From Azolla caroliniana (taxonomy: Eukaryota; Plantae; Polypodiophyta): a DNA stretch of 64,000 bases. Below, in pieces: positions 1 to 10,963 of the stretch. The notes beneath the pieces are model-generated. The model was not told the origin of the DNA. It did not search any database and saw only the letters and a program-made list of their open reading frames with translations. The first letter of the stretch is position 1. Each line of letters begins with the position of its first letter. A program made the translations under genes and the position numbers. The stretch is from assembly GCA_043228905.1 (NCBI GenBank), contig JBHGNT010000009.1, positions 19,592,001 through 19,656,000 of the forward strand, in the 5' to 3' direction.

Positions 1-2192
1 AGAGATGGTTCCAAACGAAGCAACACAGAGAGAGTCGGAACTGGAATCGGAACTAGACCCAAAGTTGGTTAACATAGAGGGGCCAACGTAGACAGAGAAG
101 GAGACGCTGTCATTGACGAGACATTGACGGCCAGAAAAACTGACAACGCCCAAAAGACATGGAGGACTGACTATACAATATCAAAACAAAACGAGGCAAC
201 CGGACAAGCTAGACTGCACAAGCACAGACAGAGACGAATGGATGGGCGAAAAGGAAGCATACAGACTCAAGCGACACAACCGAAAATAGGTAGGAAAGAA
301 CCAGACAGATGACCGAGAAGACGGACCAGACGCACAGCCAAAAGACAACGGACAGACATCCGGATGGGCGGCCGGACAGGAGCCGGAGAGCCTGAATGGC
401 CGGACAACAACGGCCACAACGGCAGTCTAACGTCATCCGTACGAAGACCGAATGAAGACTGATGGAAACCAATAGAGTCAGCGACATAGGATGACTGGAT
501 AGAGACTGGCAAGGACGGGCAGAGATGGACGAATGACGGCCGGCAATAGCGATATTGGAATGGTCCAAACAAATGAACAGAATGACAGGAACCGACAGGA
601 CAGCGACAGCTACGGCCGGAATATGATGACGACGCCGAATGGTGGCAAAATGTTCATTGAGAACGACGACGGCAAAAAAGCTACGGACAACGGTGAAAGA
701 CAAGCCGGTGTGGCCGGATAGGAGCGGAAGAGCGGTCGACTGTATCCTACCCAGGGGGGTGACACCGATAGATATGGAAGAGAGGCCGGAAAAAGTCGGC
801 TGAAGTGCGACCGAAGAGCAGTCGGAGTGGCCGAATGGCGCTGAAACGAAGGTGCCGGACCGGACGACGCTGAACAACGACAAACATGGAGATGGCCAGA
901 CATCGGACGGACTAATGGCGGAAGCGTAATCGGTGCAACGTCTGGATAGGCGGCCGAAGACGGAGCCAAAGACAGAGATAAAGATGGCGACGACGCAAGA
1001 CACCGACGACCGGATGACGGTTGAAACGGTGACAAAGATGGACGACCGACAGAGGCAACGGACAACGATGATGATTGCCGGACGAGGCCAAGCGATGGAA
1101 ACGACGACGACAACGGAAACAGAGATGGCAACGATGATGGAGGCATCGACAGCCGACTAGCAGTAGGTCGACAACCGACGAAAGAGACGGTCGATGGGAG
1201 GAGAAAAAAAAAAAAGCAGCAAACGATGCCGGAAACAACGATGGCAGTAGAAGAAGAAAGAAGAAGAACAGAAATGAACAAGAAGAAGAAAAACGCAGAC
1301 CAAAGCAACACGAAAGAAGGAAACAGAGAGGAGGAGCAAAGCAAGATTCGGGCACTAGAGATAGAGGCATGGACAAAGAGAGAATCAAGCGGGAGAATCA
1401 GAGGGAGAGAAGAAGCAAAAGGAGACACAGACAGACAGGAGGAAGAGAAGAGAGAAGAAGACAAATACAGAAGGGAAGGTAAAAATGACCTAAAAGCAAA
1501 AGAGAGGGAAAAAGATAAAATAGGGGTACGAGACAAATTTTGAAACCCTGAGGGTATCGAGTAAAATTTCAAAAACTAGAGCGTACATAATTAAAATTTT
1601 AAAAATCAAAGGGCACCTACGAAATTTCGAAAACTCATCAACCTAAAAGAAATGGATGTGATCGACACACAACTCACAAAATCAACAAAAGGAAGATACA
1701 CATACACACAACGTTTTTGGACCCATGATATCAATGTTTGTGAACCGACAGAACGAGAATGTTCCTGTCGATGAAGTCGCTGACCGAAGGAGATATTCGA
1801 GTCAAGAGCTCCGATCGAGGGAGTCGATCGTTGAGAAGACCGATGGAAGTTCCGATCGAAGAAATATCATCATCAAGGCATGTGGGATCGGCGTGCAAGG
1901 CACTTTCCCACGGGCGTGCCATATTGTGTTACCCCGTACGAGATGTACGGAGAGTCAAGTGTGATGAGCGAGGGTCGAATGTTATCATGATGTTGTGTGT
2001 GTGTAGGGGGCATAAATGTAATTGTGAGTCGATACGTATGTGAACACATGCACACGTGTGTGCATGTGGATGGATATGAGGAGGTGTGAGTGAGTGTCCA
2101 GTATGAATGCTCTAGGGGGCTTACATCCCTTTGTATCTACCCCCTCTTGTACTATTTAACCCCTTATGGGGAATGAATGAAATATGAAATAA

Positions 2193-2196
<4 letters not shown>

Positions 2197-2232
<36 letters not shown>
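2197..2232. repeat. (CT)n microsatellite
   Basis: Directly visible. Confidence 0.9.
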
Positions 2233-2236
<4 letters not shown>

Positions 2237-2448
2237 TCATCTCTCTTCCTCTCTCTCCCCTTAACGTTGAACCCCCTTGGGAGGGGGGTGGAGCCATTCT
2301 AGGCACCACCCCCCACCCCACAATGCTTCTCAATGCTTGTCTTGTTCTTCATGTTCTCTCTCACCATCATACCATTCATCATCTCCACTATTACACCATG
2401 TCTATCTTCGTCATCGATAATCATCATTACCATTAACCCTAACCATAA

Positions 2449-3789
2449 AACCTACAACACCTTTTGGACCGACTACGTCGACATGCCGAGCAAGAGATAG
2501 AACGACTGCAGGAAGAACTCCGACAACAGAAGGACCGGGACGATATGTTAAGAGCTCAGGCAACCCGACGCCTAAAGCAGAAGACGGAGGACTTCGACCG
2601 TCTCTACCGAGATCACAAGCAGGCCGAGTCGGACAACAAAAAATGGGCAACAGACTACGACCGGCAAATAGAGAAGCTGAAAGAGCAGCTCAAAGAGACC
2701 CGATTAGACCTGGCTAAAGCGATGGATGAGGTCAGTGCCAACAAAGAAGCATTGTCGGCGGAAATAGCCCAAGCAACGGAGAGAAGGAAGGAATTAGAGG
2801 CGCTAAGGCGGGAAAAGCTGGACCTGACCAAGCTCAGGAATGAAGAAAAGGAAAAATCGACTTTCACGATCAGCAAACTGCAGAGTACCTATGAAAAGCA
2901 GAAAGCGGATTACGAGGCCCAGGCTCAGATAATGGCCGACATTATAAAACGGGCAAGGAAGGAAAAACAGGAAGCTTATGCGCATGCTAAGGCAGGGGTT
3001 GACCGGATCAAGCTCATCATGTCAGGATGGAGTACCCGAGCTCAGGCAAGCATCAACGAAAGTACGGAAAAGCTATGGAAGGAGTGGTCACAACAGGCAG
3101 CCGAGCTGCAGACACTCCGAGCGGATGCCGAGAATCGGAGGAAGACCGGTGACAAGTTCTACAAGATGGATGAAGAAAGTATCGTCGCCATTCGGGAAGA
3201 ATTGTCGGAGGATTTCTACACTTTAGCAGAAGAACACCTCAAAGAAATCCGAGGGTTGGTAGAGAGGTTGGATGACGGGCAGCTCGCAACTCAATTGGAG
3301 TTGGAGAGATACGAGCAGGACCGGTTACGACAGGAAGCTAAGGGAAGAACGACGCCAACCACTATTGGTGAGGGAACGCGACCGGCTGAAGATGAAGCAA
3401 CTGACACCGAACAACCCCGACGAGGAATACCCGAAGACGAACTTGAAGAAGAGCAGGAGCGGACCGATGCCGGAGAAGAAGAAGAGCTGAGACCGGAAGA
3501 CACCAGAGCAGAAGAAGGAGGCATATCGAGTTGACCAGTCGAGACCGGAGAAAGCGACACTGGTAACAGAACAGAGCCAGGAACGGAGGGAGAACAGGAA
3601 GAACCCGGACGAAGCGGTGAGGAAGCACCGGCACCACAGAATCAAGCAGAGCCGGAGCAGCAAATTTTTACGAAACAGCCCACCCAACTGGAGGTCGGAG
3701 ACCAGGCAGGCAAGGAATAGGAACAGGAGGAAGAAGCACCACTTGACACCATCGAGCAGAGTGTGCTCGATATTTTGGAGGAAGACTGA
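2449..3789 (+). pseudogene. Extra ORF of unknown function: long coiled-coil followed by an acidic E/G/P/T-rich tail
   Basis: The 356-aa ORF 2464-3534 has heptad-like E/K/L/R/Q composition. The same frame continues through TGA 3532-3534 and TAG 3718-3720 (both could be C>T from CGA/CAG) to TGA 3787-3789. No in-frame ATG at the 5' end. Confidence 0.6.
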
Positions 3790-3839
3790 GGCCGGGAATG
3801 GATTCGAAGTGCAAGGCACTTTCCCACGGGCGTGCCATG

Positions 3840-4229
3840 TGTTGGCCGGTCAGAAGAGCAAGGACAAGTGGGAAGGCGGAATCGGATCGGATAATAGGAA
3901 GTAAATAATAGTAGAATTATTATTCGGAGGGACGGATTCGGTACAGTTGTACCGATCCGGATCCGGACCGATTCGGATGTCGGTTGCCTAAGCGCACCGA
4001 TTGTAACCTTGCCGGATGCCTATAAAAGGATCTGATGAATTGTAAAGGGTTGGGACGGAAGTAATACAATAGTAATTATTGCGTGTTTATCTGTATCTCG
4101 TATTGTTTACCGTCTGTGCTTAATTGTAATCATCTTATGCGTGTAACCTAGCATCCAATCCTTACCACCCCTTTGGAGAAGTATCGGATAGACACCTGTG
4201 TTGAGGCTAGTCCAGCCAGACAGACAACA
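3840..4229 (+). repeat. LTR (probably the 3' LTR)
   Basis: TGTTG...CAACA termini, TATA box at 4021, then an AT-rich poly(A)-like signal and a GT-rich U5-like tract. Confidence 0.7.
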
Positions 4230-5340
4230 ATGTACGACTATAAACTAAAATATCATCCAAGAAAATAACGACAAATTTTCCAAGTTGTTCTCGGAAAATG
4301 TCATTCATTTCTTGTTGAAATGTAGCCAGAGCATTGGTCAAACCAAAAGGCATAACCAAAAACTCATAATGGCCATGGCGTGTATTAAATGTCGTTTTTG
4401 GAACATCGTCCTCACTTATACGAATTTGATGGTAGCCAATACAGAGATCAAGTTTCATAAAATACCGAGCTCCCTGGAGATGGTCAATTCGTCAGCCCGG
4501 GGCAATGGATACGAATTCTTGATCGTCGCTTTATTCAAGCGACGGTAATTAATACACATACGTCATGTGCCCTCTTTCTTTTTAACCAAGAGAACTGGTG
4601 CACCCCATGGAGATTTACTATAACGTATATAACCCATTCGTAAATAGTTCTTGAGTTGCTTAGATACCTCATCCTCTTCGAATCGACTTAAGTGATAAGG
4701 AAGTATACTTATTGGTGCAACGCCAGGTACAATATCTATACGATGGTCTATATTACGTTTAGGAGGTAACCCATATGGTAGTTCACTCGGAAAAACATCA
4801 CAAATATCATTTAAGATTTCATCAAGTTGTTGTTCAAAATATGTTAATTGAACTGAGACATTATCGATATTGTAAACGTGAATGTCTGGACCAAATATAC
4901 AATAAAATCGAGTAGAACAAGACAACTCGGATATTGATGGAGAGGAATCAATCGAGAGGGATTGTTTTTTTACACATTGAATAAAATGAGTACAATCGTT
5001 CAGTATAAAAGTTATTGAATGATGAACCCAATCAATAGATAAAGAAGAGTTTTTATTATAGAACCAGGGATAACCCAATATTACATCAGTGGTACAAAGA
5101 TTCATTACATGGAAGTCTACTTCCTCTATATAAGTATCAATAGAAATTCCTAATGAATGAATCGCCCCGTTGATGTATTGTACTCTTCCATCAACCAAGT
5201 GCACCGTATAGGTGTGATCACTTATGGTGGGTTGGATTCCCCATATCTAAACCAAACGATCATTCACAAAGTTGTGTGAGCTTCCCGAATCAACAAAAAT
5301 TGTACGGGAGATCCATTGATATACCCATTTGCACGTAGTA
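4230..5340 (-). pseudogene. pol: Ty3 protease-RT fragment
   Basis: ORFs 4563-5204 and 4207-4458 contain RT motifs, with frameshifts and stops. Truncated by the insertion ending at 4229. Confidence 0.9.
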
Positions 5341-6519
5341 AATCATTGGGACCCAATACATAGTGAGGGAAAGAACATTGACAATTACTTAAATGATGTG
5401 TATAGACTTAAAGGACATTAGGAATCTGACCTTTATGGTCTACAACTTTCGCTTTGTTGTCGTGCTCTTTCCGTTGGAGCTTTCGACATTGCTCTTTTGT
5501 ATGACCCTTCTTTTTGCAGAATACGCAAAAAGGATGTTGTCGCTTACAATCACGATCCATGAATTCGTTGGGTGTCTTGCGTTGTCGTGCCTTTCGGCTC
5601 CGGATCGTTGCGTGAGTTGGGTGGGAACCACAGAGGTTTTGGACTAGGAGAAAGAAGAATATGATATAAGGCTAGTAATGAATAGGTAGAAGATCGTTGC
5701 TTTTATTTCCTAAATATAGTGCTCATGCATGCTAGATGTGCACGAGTATTTTTTATTATTAGTTTATATTTTTCTTGTAAATAAAGTATTCACACACTCT
5801 AAAAATGCACGATTTACCTTTTAATAAAGGTAGGCATAAATAAAAGTCTTATACCTACTAAATCTATATTTACAACACTTATGATAAGTTAATACAATGG
5901 TAAAGTTTTGGTTTATTTACATGGAGGTATAGGGTTTGAATCCTACTCTATGCATGTAATAAATATTTTAATATTTTCTTTTATTTATATATATGTACTT
6001 AAATTGGATATATTATTTTTACATTTTTCACGTAGTGAGCGGACTACACTACGACATCGTATCCTAGTGAATTGCAATTGCTTAGTCTCGGGCGCTTCGT
6101 TGGGTTTGTTGTGGTCCTTCGAAGTGCGTTGATAGCGAAGACCTATTTCAACGGCCTCTTCGAAGGATTTTGGATCCTTATCGTGCATTATCCAATGATA
6201 GTCCGAATTGGGGATGTCATTGACAAAACAAGCTATTAACCAATTGTCCCCTTCTAGACCCGATTTTTGGATTTGGGTTCTAACATGGTGGACATAGTCT
6301 TCTAGCGAAGAAAATTTCCTGCTAGAGAGGTTCATTAAAGCTTGAGTTGCCTTGGTTCGAGAGGGAGGTTGCAGAAATTGGCCCTTAAAAACTGTGACAA
6401 AATCTGTCCAGGTATCGAGTAATTTCCCCAAAGTTCGGAGCTCACGCCACCAGGTGGCGGCCTTACCCCCTAGTTCTCGACCGACATATGCAATCTTCGT
6501 ACTATTTAGCGTGGGATAG

Positions 6520-6952
6520 TGTCATGATATGGCAAGCCTCGAACCCATGACCCTATGCTACATGGGTCGAGCTCTTGACCATTATACCATGTATTGTAAT
6601 ACGTAGAATATTATTTTCATTTATGTTTTATTATAGAAAATTGATGTATATTCCAGATTTCTCTGGAACATTCTAGAAACTTCAGGAGTATTCCTGAGAA
6701 CACTATAAAAGGAGGCACAAGGCATTATTTCGAACCAAATCGGTTCAACGCCAATCTTAAGCCTCTTAGCTATTACTGTACATTCTCTTCACATAATATA
6801 TATCTTTTTTTATCATCACTCACTCACTCTCTCGATCTCTCTCTCCCTTCCTCTCACTCACTCTTTCCTTCTCTCGAGAGTTCTTCACCTCTCTTAGTAC
6901 TAATACTTCTTTTAGTACTAATTCCTTCTCTGTCTTAGTACTGTTCCTAACA
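6520..6952 (+). repeat. 5' LTR of Tcn1-like element
   Basis: Near-identical to 10527-10963. TG...CA termini and TATAAAA at 6704. Confidence 0.93.
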
Positions 6953-7046
6953 GTTTGAACCGATTTTCCCTCGTTCTTCCTTCCGTATCTTCCTTTCCTC
7001 TTCTTCCTTTCCTCTTCTTATTAATCCTCTTATCCTCCCTATTAAA

Positions 7047-10000
7047 ATGGAAACTGTTAGGGCTCAGGAATACCAATCTTTTTTCTCGGAGCTCTAGTGC
7101 TTAAAAGAGAAATTTATAACACTAGAACAAGAAAATCATCGTTTGTTGGGGGATCTTCAACAAATAGCGCTGGAAAAACAACAACAACATGGGGAGTCGA
7201 CGTTACGTGTACAACAACTCGAAGCGACTATCATATCATTACAACAACAAGGATCAAGCACTCAAGGGATTCATAAAGAACCCAAGATCGGTCTTCCTGC
7301 AAAATTTGATGGGACCCGATCACAGTTTAGAGGGTTTTTGAATAAGGTACGTTTAGTGATACAAATGCATCCTTCTCGATATCCCACCGATGCATCACGA
7401 GTGGGACTAGTAGGCACTCTCCTTAGTGGCTCAACGTTATCATGGTTTGCTCCATTGTTGGAAAAGGAATCTCCATTACTAAAACGTTTTGAAGAATTTA
7501 TAAGTGAGTTTAAGGCCTGTTTTGGAGATACTGACAGCATAAGGATTGCAATCAACAAAATCCGGCGATTACGTCAAGGTGACCGTCCAGCCTCCGCATA
7601 CGCTGCAGATTTCCGCCTACTCGCTACCGATATCCCTTGGGATGATCACGCATTGATGGAGCAATTTCGTTATGGTTTATGCAACGATGTCAAGGATTTA
7701 CTCTTGACCTTCCCCAAAGAGCCAAAGTCATTAACTGAAGCAATCAGTCACGCGGTGAGATGCGACAACCGCCTCTTCGAACGACGTTCAGAACGACAAT
7801 TCCAAATTCTAAGGGCAAGATCAGAGCCTACCTACGCCTCAGTGGTAGCGAAACCTTTTCCAAGGTATGCACTTCCCCTTATCTCAAGTCTTTTAGAACG
7901 GATCAATGGTGCCAGGTTCTTTACGAAGATCGACTTACGAGGAGCCTATAACCTCGTACGGATCCGACCAGGAGATGAATGGAAGACCGCGTTTCACACA
8001 AGATATGGGCACTTTGAGTATACAGTCATGCCGTTCGGCCTCACTAATGTGCCAACAGTCTTCCAGCACATGGCAAATGATATATTCTGAGATCTCTTGG
8101 ATGTTTGTTTGATCATCTATTTGGATGATCTACTGGTTTATTCAAAGACCCAAGAAGAGCATGATTCTTATGTACTGTTAGTACTAAAACGACTTTGAGA
8201 ACATGGTCTTTATGCAAAGTTGGAAAAATGTAGTTTTGGGTGCAACTAGGTGGAATTTCTGGGCTATGTCATTTCCTCAGAAGGCATCTCCATGGACCCA
8301 GCTAAGGTCAAAACTATAGTAGAGTGGTAGACTCCGCGTTCGGTGCGAGATGTGTAATGCTTTTTAGGCTTTGCCACTTTTTACTGGAAGTTCATACAAG
8401 ATTACTCAAAGCTCGTTCTGCCTCTCACACAGCTTACCAGGAAGGGACAATCGTTCGTTTGTTCTAAAGAAGTGGACATGGCTTTCGAGAGTCTTAAAAA
8501 GGCATTTACATCGGCTCCAATTCTAGCACATGTTGATCTAGAAAACCATTCATTATCGAAGTAGACGCATCGGATTTCGCATTGGGGAGCATTCTGTCAC
8601 AACGCAAGTTACATCCTGTGGTTTTTCACTCACTCAAGCTTGATGCCGCAGAAATCAACTACGAAATTCATGATAAGGAGTTATTGGCAATAGTGGACTC
8701 TTTTACGCAATGGAGGCATTTTCTAGAGGGATCCTCTCATCAAGTCACTGTATTTAGTGACCACAAAAACCTTGCCTACTTTCAGGACGCTCGTGTGTTA
8801 AATCGACGTCAAGCTCGGTGGGCCCACTTCCTCATGTGTTTCGACTTCAAAATTACATATCGTCTGGGAAGCACCAAGGGAAGGCAGATGCATTATCACG
8901 ACATTCGTACCTAGCACCGCGTCCCAGCGAGCCAACTTTTGATAACCAAAAGCAAGTAATCTTGGGACCGACACGACTGCAAGCAACACAGGTCTTTGGC
9001 ATGCCAATCGATTCCCACGTTATCGATACTATACGTGAGAACTTGAATACCGATGCTTTCGCCCAAGCCATTCTAGCACAAATTGATCCCTCTCGAGCAT
9101 CTTGTTCATAGTCGCAACCACCAGGTACGGACTATCGGCAATTCAAATACCATGATGGATTACTATTCTTTAATAAACTCTTGTATGTTCCTAATGGTTC
9201 TTGCTGCCTTCGAGTAGTCCAAAACTGTCATGACACATATACAGCTGGGCATTTTGGTAGTACTAAAACATTAGATTTAGTACAACGATCATTTTGGTGG
9301 CCCCGTATGTGACAATTTGTCGAAGATTTTGTTCGGACTTGTGATACATGCTGCAGAGCGAAAATGCCAAGGCATCATTCATATGGTTTATTAGAACCAT
9401 TATCAATTCCAAGCAAGCCGTGGCAATCCATTGCTCTAGACTTCATCACAGATCTTCCAGTCTCTAAGGGGTTCAATGCGATTCTAACAGTCGTAGATCG
9501 ATATATGAAGATGGATCATTTCTTACCATGTACTAAGGAAATATCCAGTGAAGAAACCGTTGAAATTGTCATGTGTGAAGTATGTCGGCATCATGGCCTT
9601 CCTGATAGTATCATCAGCGACCGTGGACCCCAGTTCATATCGAAATTCTGGAAGCACCTTTTAAAAATGCTCAAGGTCACGTGTAACCTCCTTTGGCTAC
9701 CACCCACAAACGGATGGCCAAGCAAAACGAACAAATCAAACACTGGAGCAGTATCTTCAGTGCTTTCTAAGCTATCATCAGGATGACTGGGTAGATATTC
9801 TCCACTTCGCCGAATTTGCCTACAATAACTCTGTCCACGGATTGACTAAAGTTATGCCATTTTATGCTTATACGGGTTCTCACCCCCGGTGGTGTGTATT
9901 TGAAACTCTAGAGTTGTCCACAAATCCTTGTGTAGAGGATCGTTTAGAACAGTTACGCAAGATACAAACCGATTTATCTACTCATCTCCAACAAGCTCAA

Positions 10001-10520
10001 CAAACACACAAGGTTTACGCGGATCGTCATCGACTTCCATCCAGTTTTAGCATTGGAGATCGGGTATGGCTACTACGACGACACATCAAGACTACTTGCC
10101 CATGTGAGAAGTTAGATTATCGGCGATTAGGTCCTTTCCGTATTATAGGAAAGATTAATGATGTCGCTTTTCGTCTCGATCTACCTTCGCAACTTCGGAT
10201 ACATCCGGTGTTTCATAGTTCTCTCCTCGAACCCTATCAAGAGAACACCATCCCAGGACGTATTACATAGCCTCCACCCCCAATCGAGCTTGAAGATGGA
10301 CTTGAGTACGAGGTTGTCGTCGTCCTTGATTCCAAGATTGTTTGCAACAAGCTCTACTATCTAGTTGATTGGCTAGGATATAGTCCCAGCGAGCGTACTT
10401 GGGAACCGATAGAGAATGTGACTAATGCTCGTGCTCTTCTTGAAGACTTGCATCGTCAATATCCAGACAAACCGGGTCCTCAATCCAAAACGACTCGTGA
10501 CACTCATCGTTTTAAAGGGG
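7047..10520 (+). pseudogene. gag-pol of Tcn1-like element (Gag fused to RT by deletion; RH, IN, chromodomain) with many stops and frameshifts
   Basis: ORF fragments 7143-8090, 8582-8914, 8818-9111, 9364-9786 and 9842-10270 match Ty3 domains in order. Confidence 0.9.
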
Positions 10521-10526
10521 GGATAG

Positions 10527-10963
10527 TGTCATGATATGGCAAAACTTGAACCCATGACCTTATGCTACATAGGTCGAGCTCTTGACCATTACACCATACA
10601 TTGTAATACGTAAAATATTATTTTCATTTATGTTTTATTATAGAAAATTGATGTATATTCTAGATTTCTCTGGAACATTCTAGAAACTTCAGGAGTATTA
10701 CTGAGAACACTATAAAAGGAGGCACAAGGCATTATTTCGAACCAAATCGGTTCAACGCCAGTCTTAAGCCTCCTAGCTATTACTGTACATTCTCTTCACA
10801 TAATATATATTTTTTCTTATCATCACTCACTCACTCACTCTCTCTCTCTCTCTCTCCCTCCCTCTCACTCACTCTTTCCTTCTCTCGAGAGTTCTTCACC
10901 TCTCTTAGTACTAATACTTCTTTTAGTACTAATTCCTTCTCTGTCTTAGTACTGTTCTTGACA
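10527..10963 (+). repeat. 3' LTR of Tcn1-like element
   Basis: Follows the PPT, matches 6520-6952 and is followed by TSD GATAG. Confidence 0.93.

Larger units (their letters stand above)
1..4229 (+). mobile_element. 3' portion of an LTR retrotransposon (5' part outside window) carrying an extra ORF; inserted into the RT of the Ty3 element at 4230-13388
   Basis: LTR-like block 3840-4229 (TGTTG...CAACA, TATAAAA at 4021) abuts an interrupted RT motif (DDILVYSRT, minus strand). No gag/pol is visible in 1-3839, so family and left extent are uncertain. Confidence 0.6.
6520..10963 (+). mobile_element. Tcn1-like chromoviral Ty3/gypsy element with an internal deletion
   Basis: LTRs 6520-6952 and 10527-10963, TSD GATAG (6515-6519, 10964-10968), PPT AAAGGGGGGA ~10514-10523. 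PEG10/fungal-type Gag ([20 protein letters not shown]), RT, RNase H, integrase and chromodomain (YLVDWLGYSPSERTWEP). Confidence 0.93.

Noticed and set aside
209-1572. Long minus-strand ORFs (264 and 320 aa, S/L/F-rich)
   Set aside because: Low-complexity products expected from the reverse complement of purine-rich DNA, with no recognisable domain.
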